Positions 22,945-38,033 of a DNA stretch of 64,000 nt are shown here, one piece after another. A model generated the notes under the pieces. It had not been told where the DNA came from. It saw only the letters and a list, made by a program, of their open reading frames with translations, and searched no databases. Origin of the DNA: Auanema rhodensis (Eukaryota > Animalia > Nematoda); assembly GCA_964057225.1 (NCBI GenBank), contig OZ059897.1:15066001-15130000 (forward strand), read 5' to 3'. A program made the position numbers and the translations under genes. Numbering within the stretch: the stretch's first letter is position 1; the number at the start of each line of letters is the position of its first letter.

Positions 22945-25900
22945 ATCATTGAAAAATAATTTTTTTCAGGTTGTATCCTAATAATCAAAGGATGTTATTA
23001 AATTAATATCAGAAGCTGATCTTGTTTCATCTTTACACAATCTACAAAATAAAAAATAATAATTTCTGAGAAAATAATAATAAAGAAACTAAATAAATAA
23101 ATTAATAAAATAATCTAAAAATTATTTCATATATTATTATAAAAAGCTTAGTTTATGCTGCAAAACTTTAACTTGCTCTTTCATATAAAATAAATTATAT
23201 TACGTCATTTCTTTTCAATGTATGTCTTGGGAAGTTCTATTAAATTAAAGACAAAAATATCTTCTTCGAAAGCTAATTATTTTGTTTTAATTATCAAAAT
23301 CTCATAAATCATATGATTTTCGTTATTTATCGTCAAGAATAATACAGTGTTCAACGATTCTGCCCCCATCTTTCTCCATTTTTTTTGCACTCAATTGTTA
23401 TTGGTTGAAGTACTGATGGCTATTCAATAAAAAAAAGTCAAAATGACTTAGGTAAGTTGCTAATATGGGGAGAGAGAGAGAGAGAATACAAAAAAATAGA
23501 ATTGCATAGAAAACGGTAAAACTTGTAGTTTGATGATGATTTTCTTCCTATTTCTGAAAATAAGTAAATATTTATGAAAAATTAGCTGGAACATGACACA
23601 GGAGAAATGCCGAGAGTTTTCTTTTTATGATTGAAAAAGTTGTATGAAGAAGATGTTCATCAAAAGAAAATTATTTTTTTAACAAGAATTTCAACAAAAC
23701 AAGTGGGTAAAGATGTACAGAACAGAATCAGGTTCTCAAAAAGTTTCTCTCCTTGAACTTCTGGAAAATTTTGTTACTTCCAATAACGCCTGAGGGTGCG
23801 TTAAGACAACTAGAGAAACAAGCGAACAGTTGGCTACTACTACCGTGCCACTCTAATACTCTCACTTCTTTCCATAGTATTCCAGTCCAGTTAGCAGACA
23901 CTGGTAGTAGCAACAGTTTATTATGCTATTGTGTGGTCCAATATGTGGTTCGAACTTTAACCAGTTCAAACGTCTGGTTTTATAAACTTTTTTCCTGATT
24001 TTAGTCTGAGAATAGTGGGCCACACTCAGATAACAGCATGGTAAAAAGTGCTCTAAAGGCAAGATTATTTTTAGAAAGTTTATGATCAGATCTCACTTTC
24101 ACTTAAATGTTAAATATATATATATATTTGGGAAAAAAATAATATAATGAAATTAAATAATAATTTGTATAATTAAAGTAAACATATAATTTTCAAATAT
24201 AATAAGAAAATTGAATGCAACCATTCTGTTACTGCACATTTCATACATTAGCTGATTAGCATCTAGGTGATGTGTTTAATGAACTTTCACGTTATATGCT
24301 AATGAAGACGTAACATGTGTAATATCCGATAAAAAGGATAAACATTTGTTTTTACCTCAGAATTATTTCTCCAAAATAATTTCAAAAAAAAAAAAATCCT
24401 TTCGACATATTTACATTTGTAAATCAACATTTTTTTTTTAAAATTGATACTGTTATCATGAATTTTCAGATTAATGTGTATAGAATAACTTTTTTTTTTC
24501 ATTTTTGATATTAGTTTGGTTATTACTTCAAGAAAATATGCTGCAAAATAAATAGAATTTTTTACCTTGTTATATTCCTTAGGGAATATCTGATGTTGAA
24601 AAATAATGTTAACTGTTTTTCGATATTTCATATTTTATTTTTGATAATGATCCAGCTTCAACAAAAATTTATAAATACTAAATTTTTTTTTCTTCCATCA
24701 CTTGTTATTTATTCTAATATTTGTTATTTATTAGAGACTATCTTCATAACAAGTTTAGATTTTCGAAATCATATATACGTATACCATCATTCTTATGTTT
24801 AATTCTTCATTTATCAATATGATTAATCGTTTTTAATTTTCATTTTCATTCAAGAATTTAAAAAAAAATAGTTTACTTGGCTTGTATAACCGTTTTTTCC
24901 CACTTAAAGTTGTATGTCCCGCCTATTTAACCCTCCCCTCCTACCAAATCAACGACCGCCCACACTAGGCAGTGATTGTACCCTAACCTTTAAAGGGTGA
25001 AAATGTTTCCCGAAAGCAGCTAGTCCATTTTGTTCCAAAAAAAAACGATATGAAATATATTTTTGTGCTTTTTTTTCTTCATTAGTCATGATATAATATT
25101 TAATAATAGTATACAATATAGTTATCAAGTTTCAAAATAAAGGTCATTGATAAAGGTCGGTAGGGAATGAAAGGTTGAACTCTTATTATCAGAGATGAGT
25201 ATCTCGAATAAAAAGTTTAAAAGTTTGCAACTCCTATCATGTACTTTCTCCTATTTTTTCCCGTTTTGTCTTGTTTTCCTGTTCTTGTTTTCTATAGCTT
25301 TCTCTCCATTATTAACATTGTATCTTTCATTTGATTATGTCATTTAAATTTGTTTAAGAAAATACTTTAATCACTCTGGCTTTTTATATTTTTCTTGAAT
25401 TTTGTTATTTCCGCCTATCATTTGATTTGTAAATGTGTTTCGTCATTCCAATACTGTCACTTCAATGGTCTCTTGTCTTCAGTTTTTTATTTAAAAATTC
25501 TGCTGAACTGATAATCTATTCTATTGGAATCCATTTAATCCATTCACATCTATTTCAAGCTCTTGTATTTAGATTAATATTCCATCGGATCTGATCTGTC
25601 AGCTCTTCTTCTCATTCATACAGTTATTCCCACTCGTTTTCCCTCCCACCCTTTTTCTTTTTTTCTTTGGCTCTCATTCTTTCTCCCTCTCTCTCTCTCT
25701 TTATATCTTGTTTCTTATATTCTTATTTGCTCTATCCTATTAATTTTCATTTTTAAAGAATCTTCACGAACAAGAAACTTATTTAGTTCAGTATTTTTTC
25801 ATTTGTACTTCTTCAATCATTGAGTTCTATGCTATTTCGGGAATTGCACTTGATGTCTGTCTCTCCAATCCAAATATATGGCTCGTCAAATCAGATGAAA

Positions 25901-28107
25901 AGTGATCTTGGCAATAAGACAAACCTTTCTTCTGTTCCTCCCCCCCTCATACTAACTCTGCTTTGCTACCAGCCATGTATCTAGTTGTTCTCTCTTCAAT
26001 TCCATCGTGTGCCCATTTAACCATTTGCATCGTGGTCTCCCGTGTCATCATCGTCATCACAGTTGCCGTCGTTGTTTTACACTCAGGTCTCCAGAAGTCA
26101 ACAGTCAAAGACATAGCTCCAACAACGTTCTGTGATCACAGCGTCATAACGACGTCAGATATAGTAGACCGAACTAAATATGGGAAATATTGTTGCGGTC
26201 GTAATGTTTATAGCTAAATATCTAGGGAGTATCTTTACGGCATCAGACGATTGCTCTTTTCAACTTCATCAACGTCTTACCTTCTATGTCTTCTGATATT
26301 TTCGGGATTGTTTTTCCTCTCTTACCTATTCTGTCTTCATTTGTTTTCCAAATTTACAATCTCAAAAATGTTTCCATCTTAACTGGTTTTTATCTTTTAT
26401 AAAGACTCGATTCCACATAGAACAGTGTTGGTTAATATACTTTCATTGTTAATTAACAATATGGACGAAAAATGGCAAAATGACACGTATATAGTTAATA
26501 TATCCAACCTATTTTATAATTTTTTTCTAAATTATATTCATAAGATATCATTCATCTTTTCTCTCTCTCTCTCTCTCCAAGCTCTCACCCTCTCCCTAGC
26601 TCACATTCTTTAATTGGCTCTCCCTCTTGAAATCATTTAACTTTTTCAGATACCACTCATATTCTTTAAATTAACTGATATTCAGTTAATTACTGAGTCT
26701 ATAATATTAAAATGGATCATTAATTAATAAATATTCTGGAAATATAACATTGGTATTCATTAAAATCTATTCTGAGCACTTGTCCTGTTTTTATTCCATT
26801 TTTTTTGTTTAATTGTGTTTTTAAAAGAATTTCTACACCTTGTTATGGCTGCCAAACTAGCGAACTGTAAAAAAAATTAAATTTATCAAACGCAATTTTA
26901 CCATTATAGGTATTCAAATAAAAAAATACAGAGAAAAAAGATAAAGGGAGAAAGAGAGAAAGCTAGAGAATGAGAAGTAGTGATAGTATCGAAAAACTGA
27001 ATCATACAACTATTTCTGAATGTATCACTCATTTTCATTCACATTTATTAAACGAATCTACTAAGTTTTGTCTTATTTTCTCAATTTTAAAGCTTTTTCA
27101 ACATATATTCTCTGAATTTTCATTAATTTCTTAAATTCGTATGAAGACATTTGAATGATAGATGAAAGAAGATTGAGATTCTAGGTTCTCATAGCTTTCT
27201 GCTGTACATCAAACAGATTATTCAGCTCATTTTCCTTATCAATCTATAGTCATGAGAAAATTTCATGTTGTTGAAACATCATCATTTTCTTAAAAAAATC
27301 CTGAGAATGTCAACTTGCTTATCGGAAAAATCTCTATTCTTCCTCACCCTTTTCGCTTTCTTCATACTCTAATTCTCCGAGTCATTACAGCTGTTCAATA
27401 AAACGTTGTACTTGTCTCTATAATACGATAATCAGTAACATTTCCTTCTAGAATAGTAGAAAAAAATTTTTTTAATAAAGTATTGAAATGAAATTTGAAA
27501 TGAACATAACCTACAAATCAAGAATTTCCTTTCCAGGCCCTTTGCCCTCCCATTCTTTACCAACACCCCGTTTCTTTGCATTGTTTTTAATTATACTTGT
27601 TCAGTGATAGTGAGAAAAACGAGTTTTTTTTGCTAGAAAAGAATCATTGAATCTTTGTTTTAAAAAAGAAAGTTAAAGAGAGAGAGAGCGAGCAAAAGGT
27701 AACACAAAGTGAGAGCGAGAAAGAGGAAGACGACGGGCCGGTGGGGAGAATTGAGAGGGGGGGGGGGAGAAATTGAGTTCCACATGATCAAATTTTTTTA
27801 TTTTTTATTTACTGTCTGGTCCATATATGGTATAGTTATATTCATTATATGATCGTATGTCTATCTATACCATGTTTGTTATTGTTTTTCATCTCTCATG
27901 ATACTTTTCAAAACCTTCCATTCCTCCTCAGCGTCATCCTCATGCTCCTCCTTCGGCTCCTCCTTCTTTATTTCTTCTTGTTTCTTCTCTTCTCCTATTT
28001 GAGCTCAATCATTTGTTTGTATTTTATTTCTTTGTTTATTTTTCTGATGATATCTGAGAATTATTTCATTTTAAATATTTCTAATTATTTTTTTTAATTT
28101 TAGGGTC

Positions 28108-31100
28108 ATGGCTGAGGAAGGTAATTTACTAAAAATCCTTCCAAATCTCCTTGATTATGATGTACGAATTAATGTACGAAATCTCAGGGACTCGAAAGAT
28201 ATCGGTAATTTATTTTATTTTCTACATAAAATTAAGAATATATACTATATAGCTTTACATTTTTCTTTTTTTTCTAATCTTAATACAATACCGTATCCAC
28301 AGTAAACTTCTATTTTTCCTTTTTTTTCAGAAGATCCCGTCTTCTCACATCGCCTGGTGCTCTCTTCTGCCAGTGTGTTGTTTCGTGATATGTTGTCACT
28401 GACCACCACAACAGGCATGGCCTCAATTGGTTAGTCATATCATCAGTATGAATTAAAATAAAGAAAAAATAGCTATAGAGATGTTATATGAATGTCTTTA
28501 TTCTTTCTTTTCTTATATATTTCTATCAATCTTCTCTTATATGATGATTACTACATATGCTATATCTTTAGTTCTTTTTATTAGCATTTTCCTTAACATT
28601 TAGACTTCTTCATCTCAACATTTTAAGAGAAAAATTTGTTTTTCTTTTTCTTCTTTCTAAACAATATGAAATGAATTGTCTTATCAACTTGATTATTCAT
28701 CTTCTCATCCAGAAATCCTTCAAACTTCACTTTCAGCACATGTTTTCCTAAATGTTGCTACCGTACACTTCTGAAAACCTTCTTTTGGCATTTAAATCTG
28801 AACCTACACCTTATTAGACTTTCATCTATGTATGTATTCACCTGATTATTCTCTCAATACATTGTATTGCTCCGCCTCTTTCAATATCCAGAAAGGAAGA
28901 TTGTTTCTTCTTTTCATCATCTAGCTAAAGGTTATGATTCGAATGGTACTACCAGGCGGACTCCTAAAAATACAAAAAAAAGAAAAGAATATGATAGAGA
29001 TAGATAAAGAAAGAATAAGAGAAAAGACTAAGAAATACTAAGAGATATAAGGATTCTCTCACTCATACATATATATCTTTTGACATTAAAAGCCAACCCG
29101 CAGTTCGAAAAGGATGAGCCAAGACTGAGTTGAATCAGCTAGCGAATCTTTAATGGCATCGACCTTTTCGATGACAACGATTGTTGTGCTTTCATTAGAA
29201 ATACATTCCCTATGGCTTTGATATGTTTCATATCTTTAGCTATTTATATGTATAGCTAACCTCTTGGAGAATAAAGAAATTTTAATATTTTACAAAATAC
29301 TGAAAGAGGTTGATATTGAAAGAAACTCTTATTCAATTCGTAATATCATAGTTATATATAAGGTTTCAGATGTTGATGTTCGAACGATACCTAATGGATT
29401 AGCAGCATTTAAAGCTGTAATTTCTTCATTATATTCAGGTCAACTTAGTTTCGAAGAAGCCGAGCCATTACAGGTATATTTATTTATTTATCTTTGTTTA
29501 CATATAGTTAACTATATTTCAGGTTCTCTGGGTTGCTCGGATGTTTCAGATTCCATCAGCTGAGTCTAAGGTTCTCGCTAACGTTTTGGAGTTAAATCCA
29601 TTATCAATGTTATTGCACAGTTCACCACTTCTAAGCCAAGCTACTCAGCGTAAGTTTCATAAACTTCAAAAGTTATAGAAGATTTTTCTTTTATAATTAA
29701 ATTTATTTGTAAAAAAGAAATATGTATGAAAAGAAAAAAAAGTGATACAACCGTTCGATTATAAAAAATTTATTTGAATTCACGTAATTTTCCACTTTGA
29801 TCTTTTAAATGTTTCAAAAAAAAATGACAAATATCATAATATTCTTTATATACTATATATTTATATTATTAAATAATTAAAAATATTTAATTGATTTATT
29901 GAATTATAATAATAAAAATAATTTATTTATAGTTCAACAATACTTACAATCACTTATGACACTATGTATGCAACCTGGTCTTTTAACAACAGCCACTCCA
30001 TCTACTACATCTCAGAATACACTGTCATCAAGTCGTCTAGTTTCAGCTCCACTTCTCACACCACCGTCATCAGTGGAAGATGTGTAAGAATACATTTTAT
30101 TTTCTATAAATTCAGATAATATTTTATAAATTATGCTTTAGTAATATATAAAATTATTATTTTTCAATATATTATTTACAGAAATGTTGGTGAAAATCAA
30201 AGTCTCTCTCCTGTATTAACTCCTCCAAATGGCTTAGCGCCAACAGAAAAAATTGTTCCAAATGATGATAAAGAGGGTAAGTAATGATAAATCTTAATAT
30301 TTTATTCATATTATGATTTCTCCGAATCTGAATATTTTCATTTTTCAAAAAAAAAAGAAAAAAAAAGGAAATATATATTCTTTTTTTCTTCTTTTTTTTT
30401 TGATCAAATAATATAAAAGTTTCAAAAGATGAAAATATCTGGAAAACTAAACGGAAGACAATGCTAAATATTTATTTGAATTGAATTCCATAAAATGCAA
30501 TTTTAATCTTTCGAACAAAAAAAAATATGTTTTTCAACCTCGATCATAGAGGGTAAATCATCAAACTTTGTATAAAACTCTTCTTATTATAGGATGGTGT
30601 CGGAATAAAAAATATATTGAAAAAGTTGATAAGGGATTCATGTGTACAGTCTGTCGTAAAGTTTATGGACGTTATAATTCTGTATCATATCATGTTACTA
30701 TTTATCATCGTAATCCACCAATTAAGTAAGATTCATTATATGTTTACACTAAACTTCATGCTTATGTTCTAGATGTGAAGAGCCAGGATGTCAATTTTCT
30801 ACTCGAGAAGCTCGATATATCCATTTCCATAAGTATTATCGCCATCAAATACCTTTACCTGATACTATAGACCTTGGTAAGTTCTAACTTAGCACTATAT
30901 CAACTTGATTCAATTTATAATTACTAAATTCATTTGTTAAAGGATCTCGAAAGTGCCCTTTCTGTCGTCATGTTTCTAAAAGTCCTGCTATGTTGGAGAA
31001 ACATATTGCTAGACATGAAGCTGAACGTAAGGAACAACCTAATCATAACTGTGACCAATGTGTATTCAGGTTAGCTATATTTCTATATTTACCATATATA

Positions 31101-31887
31101 ATAGTTTCAATAGAAACAACAAACATAGTACATACAACCATCAAATTCATCATCTTTTAATCAAAAATTTTGCCTAAAATCACGAAATTACTAATATAAT
31201 TTTGTCTTTTCCGAATCAAAATTAATATCTATACGTGAACATAGTAATCGAACTGAATTGCAAAAAAAAATTTTTTTTCGTTTGATTATTATAGAAGTCA
31301 GACAACTTTACTACGACCCTGTTTTTGACTTTTCTTCTTTATCGTCCATGTTGACAAGTTCCGACAATCTCGTTTTTCTTACTCCTATTATACACTTTCT
31401 AGTAGAGCGAATCAAGAAACGGATACTGATGATGATGTCCTATTACATTCTAGAATCACATTTTAAAACATAAATGAGCCTATATGTATAACACAGTGAC
31501 ACAATCCCAAAAGTGTACAATGTGCTTGTAAAGAAACAGGCTTTTAAAGTAAGGCGAACTCATCATCAGTATTTTTCTCTACTCCCCAACAACCTTATGT
31601 ACTACGTTTGCTACCTTAAACATATTATTGTTAACAGGATATCTCTCATCATTTCATCTTTCAGAGGCAAAACAGCACAGATGTTGCTTCGACATAAGCA
31701 GTTCTCACATTCAGGGGATGTCTACTCACCGTCATACCCTTGTTCATTTTGTTCCTTTATCACAGCATCAGAATCTGCCCTTCTCGTGCACCTGACCTCT
31801 CATGTAACTCTAACGGAAGGCTCAATCGACATTGAAAATAGCGAAAATGGCTTAAAGATAGATCTAGAAGAGAGTGTTGGTGCATAA
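28108..31887 (+). CDS. BTB/POZ + C2H2 zinc-finger transcription factor
   Basis: BTB-like YDVRINV..VFSHRLVLSSASVLFRDML..AFKAVISSLYSGQL..VLWVARMFQIP. Fingers CTVCRKVYGRYNSVSYHVTIYH, CEEPGCQFSTREARYIHFHKYYRH, CPFCRHVSKSPAMLEKHIARH, CDQCVFRGKTAQMLLRHKQFSH, CSFCSFITASESALLVHLTSH. Confidence 0.88.
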
Positions 31888-32201
31888 TAAGTATTTGCTC
31901 TAGTAAACTTATAAATATAACTTTCATTTGCTATACTTGTATTCATTGATCATTTAAACTGCCTTGATATCGTAACGGGACACATTTACATATGATATAC
32001 TATTATTATATAGTTATTAAACAATATTAATATTTATCTCACCTTGCTTGTAAATGTTTTTGTGAATATTTTATTGTTATGCCTTTGTTCACAGAAATAT
32101 AGTAAACTATGACGTATAAGAGACCATAAACGATTTGTGTAAAGAAATATTGAAAATAAAAAATCAAATATAGAAGGAGCAAATAATCACTTTTCTCAAT
32201 C

Positions 32202-33710
32202 TTAATCACATTCAAAGTCCCATTTAAACTGACGAGTAAGATACTCTTTAAATTGGAGTGACTTCTTTTTCAAATCACTTGATGCACAATCAGAATCTTA
32301 AAAATATAAATTGCTAATTAGTAATAAACAGAAAAGAACCTCTAATGTTGGCAAAAAGCATTGAGAGAGTAGTCGTGAGGAAATTATCTCTCGAAACAAT
32401 ATCAACAAAAAAATCTTTAGGACATTCTTTTAGTTGGAAGAATAAAACCTAGAACAATGAAGGTTTAGTATAATTGAAAACTATGAAGTTACCCTCAAGA
32501 AGGCAAGATAAAGATCGCTTTTCGAGCCCAGAGAAGAAGGACAACAACACAATAGATGAATAAATCGTTTCCATTGCTCGAAACCTTCAAACACCTTAAC
32601 AAAATTAGTTCATCAATTTAGAAATAAATAAAACGAATAGAAACCTGTCCGACTAAGAAGCATACAAATGAAAATTGGACCTCAGCGATTAATTTTTTCC
32701 AATCTCCACCTAACTTTGCAAGAAGCATATCCAACCGTTCTGTGTGATCTACACCTACTCTTGATGGAGTCTAATTAAATTAATTTTTAATAATTTGTAA
32801 TTAAAAAGATATAATACCGCTAATTGTGGAAATTCAACAAATCTTATTTCATAACCTTCTCTAATTTTCATGATTGGAAGACCACTCGAATCAACAAATC
32901 GTGTTCTTTTAGGATGATCCCTGTCAACACTATTACTACATCCAACATTAGCATTAAGCTTAAAATAAAAAATAGAAAATTGAGAACTTTAACTAATTAG
33001 TGTATACTTGTGCATTTTCCATCACAGTTGTTTCCATACTTACTAATTCAGCTTGAGCTGAAATTTTACCCTTCACTGGATGTAATCTGAAAACCATTGA
33101 TAATAACTAAATGTTTGTATATGAAAGTAAAACCTTTCAACAGTATTTTCGTTTACAAAATCAGTTAAGCCAAACCATGATCGATAGTTTGCATAAGGAT
33201 ATGGTCCTAAAGTAGAGTCCATTCGTTGCAAGTTTGATCTAAATCGTTCAACCTGAAAACATTCACCATAACTGCTTGTTTGGTAAATTAGTCGATACTT
33301 CTTCTTCAGTAGCTACTTCATCACTGAAATCCTCAGTTTTACTGTCCCATTTTTTAACATAAACTTCCTTAGCCTTGAAAGTATGGAAAAAACCTGAATT
33401 TACTATTGAAAAGCAATACGAAATAGCAAAATACCAATTCGAGGAGCTCCATTAACACTGCAGTATATAAAATGAACTCCGGGTGGAATCATCTTTAATC
33501 CCATGAATTTTTCAGCAACATTCCATGATTTGTAGTCAATACCAAATTCAGCACCACGCGGAAAGTCTTTTAAAATCTGAATAATACTATTTTCTTTCAG
33601 TTAACATAGAAACTCACAAAAAATGCTCCATTCTGGTACATATAATTCACAACTTCTCTTGGCAATTCAGATTGATCTCGCATACATTGCATTAAATTCC
33701 CCAAATCCAT
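32202..33710 (-). CDS. AAR2: AAR2 homolog (U5 snRNP assembly factor)
   Basis: DFPRGAEFGIDYKSWNVAEKFMGLKMIPPGVHFIYCS..PRIGFFH..KKWD, LGPYPY, QFSFVCFLVGQVFEGFEQWK, FFVDIVSRDNFL; ends KWDFECD*. Confidence 0.92.
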
Positions 33711-35363
33711 GCTTTCAGGCTTTATAAATTTAAATGTTGAAAAAAATATATATTCGAATTTTCCGCAAACTCGCGTGAACTCATGATACACATACCGTAC
33801 TTCGATAATTCTGAAACTGTTCCAAACTTTCAAAATCATTAGGTTAATAAGAGTTTTAAAGCCTGCGGATATAAGTAGAGCTTTATGAGTTTAAAATAAA
33901 CAGAAGATTAATGTCAATCGAGTATATTTTCTATAAATACCTGTTAGAATTCATCTTAAAATAAACTACAAAATGTACATATTCATATGAGGGTTAAGAC
34001 ATGTTTATTTTGGAGTTTGGTGGAATCTTTAATATTTTTCGTTTCATCAGAATTCAAGATTTCAACGGGTTTATTTAGTACATTAGCTTTGTTTCCTTTC
34101 AAACTTTCAATTAGTACTGTTCACAAATATGAAATGAAGATGACAATTGCTAAATAGTAAACAAATTCAAAATTTTCATTGAAAATAATATATTTTTCAT
34201 ATTGATTTTTATAATATTGTAAAAGTAAAAAAGGTCTAAATATTTATTTTATTTATATTTCTTACTTTTTGTATTATTTAGAGTTATGGTGTTCAGTAAT
34301 ATAACATCCTTTATTATTTTAATTATATTTTAGTACAAATATCTTCATAAAATGTTTTTTTTTAGAAAAATATGGAAATTTTCTTTTTTTTTTATATGAT
34401 ATTTCTTTCTTTTTGTTAGTTTTACTTCTTGTCTTATAAACAGCATGTTGCTCATTTTTGAAACCCTTTTCGATTAATTCTCAAATTTCGAAATAGTAAT
34501 GGCCCAGCTTCCATGTAAAGAGACAGAGAGAAATTGAAAGAGAAATAGAGAAATCGCTTATCGAACAATCATTGTTTGCTCTGACTAATGTAGAAACTAC
34601 CCTATTCAGTTTCTCATCAGATAGACTTAATAGAAAATGCTGTTACAGAATTCTTGAGAGGAAAATGGAAATACGAGAAGCGAAGAAAAAGGATGACATT
34701 AATCTCCAGGTGCTGGTAGTAGATTCAGATGACCAGATGCTATATTAGGAAAGTGAATATAATCTTAAAGTCTCTTCTTAATGCGTTCACTCTCCTCTCT
34801 CCATATGCTTCTACCCTCTTCATGGCCTTCATGGTCTCTTATACGCAAATTGCAAGATCATCTGGCCAAGATCTACATGTGTTTCATTTCATTTCAATTA
34901 AAAAAAAACAATCTTTCATTTAAAAACGAAATGAATATCGAATATCGGTATTCTTTACAAAGTTTCAGAAACATTATTCGATAAGATTTCTTTGAATTTT
35001 TATAATTTTTCTTGATTATACATATAGTAATAACAGATACAATAATATTATTCAACAGAAATGTGATCTCTCTTTTCCTCTTTCTATCTTCCTCTCCCTT
35101 TCCCTTTCTCTTTTGCTCCATAATTATTCTCACCAATAGCTCATTTGTATTGCCGTTCAATCGGAAATTTCTCGTAGAAACTGATATACTTATGCTTTGG
35201 AATACTGAAATCTTGTCTTCTGAAGGTCATTTCCAATGACTGAAATACGTATTCGTTTTTCTATAACTTGGTTTTTCATTTTCTTAGCTTTCTCCTCTAT
35301 CTATCCACCCTCACACTTCTTCCATTTCTGCTCTTTTGCTTGTAATAAGCATTTCCTTCCATT

Positions 35364-35365
<2 letters not shown>

Positions 35366-35399
<34 letters not shown>

Positions 35400-35410
35400 T
35401 CTCTACCTCC

Positions 35411-35448
<38 letters not shown>

Positions 35449-35461
35449 TTCTCTCTCTCTC
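35366..35461. repeat. (CT)n microsatellite, interrupted
   Basis: Direct reading. Confidence 0.9.
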
Positions 35462-36086
35462 TGAATGTCTCTCTATTTCTCATTTCTCTATTCCCTCTCT
35501 CGTACTACACATTTGTTTAGCCATGCATATCCGCCTTGCTGATGCCGAAAATTTCTCGGCTCTCTGAATATAGATGTGAGTGACACACAAACCTACACAT
35601 TCATACATGTTCTTTCCATATATACAAAATGTAAAATATTTTTATTTTTATTGAAGATTTGGAATATATTTAATCTTTTTCTTTCATTTTTTCCCCAAAA
35701 ATCTAATCATCTCGTTAGACGAAACTTCATTTTCAATTTGTCGCATCGTCTAATTGCCAATCAGAAGCACAATTTTTAGCTTTTTCATCCATTTACACAG
35801 GAAAAATCATTTTGACTGTATATCAATCAATCAACATGACCATATTGATTGATACAAAATAAATTTTTAATTAGGAAATTAGCAAAAGTTTTCATATATC
35901 ACATGTTCTTCATTCTTTATTTTCTATTTTTATTACTTTAATTAGTAATAAATAAAAAAATATTTATGAATATAATATATATATATATATATATAACTTG
36001 TTGTATGAAAGAATATATACTCTTAAATCTTTTCGAGTTGGAACTTTGCCAAAATTTAAAAAAAACTTAGCACCAGGTGGCAATGG

Positions 36087-36118
<32 letters not shown>
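36087..36118. repeat. (CA)n microsatellite
   Basis: Direct reading. Confidence 0.9.
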
Positions 36119-37999
36119 TTTGCTCATGTTCAAATAGATTGTAGTAATTGCATCCTACTTAAGTTTAAAAATCAGGTTTTTATTAGTTCTTTAATGCTTT
36201 AGAAATAAGTTTTAAGTTTAATCAAATTATAATAATTATGATTAACATATTACAATTTTATAATTTTAACTACAAGCAATTGTTATGAATAATCATTTTT
36301 GATTTCATTTCCCCTTTCTAAATCCTTAATTCTGTTTCTCTCTACATCTTAAGCTCTCTGCCCTCCCCTCCACCATTTCTCTCTGTTATTCTCTCTCCCT
36401 TTTCTATTCGTTTCCTTTTCTTGTTCTCTTTCTCTTTCTCTAGTGTGCCTGTCCTCTTGCTTTCTTCATGTCACCCTCTTTAGCCCTCTTTTTCTTCTTC
36501 TTACATCATCCATACGATTCTGTCTATTTGCCATATATCGGTTTTCGCATTAGCTTTTGTCGTCAGGCCTTCTAGCATTGCATATACTTATCCTACTCTC
36601 CATTCCATTTTTTACTCTTTATATCTTGTTATTCTTCTTCTTTTTTTTCTTCTTTCTGCTATTACTATCTTATCTTCAAATTTCTATAAACTTTTCTTAT
36701 TACTATTCTATTCATTTTTTTATTTTTTTAAATTATATTTGAAATTCTTTCAACTTTATTATTCAGTTCTTCCGCCCTCTTATTACAACAACTTTTTTTT
36801 ATCCTCTTTCTTTAGTTTATTATTTTTCATCTTCACTTTTTACATAAACAAATAGATTTTTTAAAATTAAATTTCATTCAATTATTTGTTTTTTTTTAAT
36901 TTGAAATTTATTTTCTCATTCATTCATTATGATTTATAAAGAATATTCATTTCAATTCTATTTCTATAATATCCTTCTCATGTTTTCAATAAAAAAAATC
37001 ATTCAAGTTTATAGATTTTTACACATTTTCATATCGGTTTTATAAGAATTTGAGATGTTCTCTCACAATTCCTCTTCCTCGTCATTATTTTCAAATCGAT
37101 TCTTTAATCTTATTCCTTGTACAATACCTGAGTATTTTTCAAATTGTATTCTATTTGAGAATTTAACGCCAATTTATCATTTTTTTTTGATTATATATTA
37201 CATCATCATCATCTCTTTATCGTTTATGACTAATCTATACAAAAATAAACGTAATTTTAGTATTTGAAAGTGACTATTATCTTGTCTTATTCTGAAGTTT
37301 TGAGCTTTTAATCCCATATATCTCTTATTTCATCTATCTTATCTATCATCCTATGAAAAAATACTGAATAACGTTTATTTCAACATATTTGCAGCTTAAA
37401 TCATGATAATTTCAAATTATTTCTCATACTCAATTTAGATTTTATGAATAGAAATGTCAATGTCTAATGACTTCTTTCTATTCATTTCTTCATCTTAAAT
37501 TCCTTTTTTTCTCAACACTATTAGTAGTAGTAGTAGTACATCTACGAGTTTTCAGTAAAAGGCTTAAGAAGTAATAACGATCTCTAATTACTCAAATTGA
37601 ACTCATTTCTAATCCTCCCTGCATTACCTTCATTCTGAGCTAAACCTTTTTCTTCAATGTTGTTTCGTGCTGTGCACGTACTCAGGAAGTCTATACACAA
37701 AGAAATAACTTCTAACAGCTTTATTGGGATGTCAGCAGCTTCAACACGGACATCATTCCATGTCAGCTGTTCGAAAAGCTTGACCGAATGATATTTCTCA
37801 TTTAGCTCATCTGTTTTCTTTATTCTTTGAATCATATGTCTTTTAATTTGAATCATTTATTTTGAGCTCAGCTCTTCCAAAAAATGTTTTGAAATCTCAA
37901 ATACTTCTTTAGACCGCACAAATTGATTTCTTCTATCTTCTTTTATCAATTATTTTTCAATTATTACATATGTATTCATCTCTCTTTCTCTCTCTCTAC

Positions 38000-38033
<34 letters not shown>

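Noticed and set aside
24966-24990. mir-34-like AGGCAGTG seed
   Set aside because: The remainder does not match and no precursor hairpin is evident.
25963-26217. 84-aa ORF upstream of the BTB gene
   Set aside because: Non-ATG start, no flanking splice context, and no recognisable homology.
36069-36084. CTCF-like motif GCACCAGGTGGCAA
   Set aside because: Single occurrence, and CTCF is reported lost in derived nematodes; more simply an E-box or chance.
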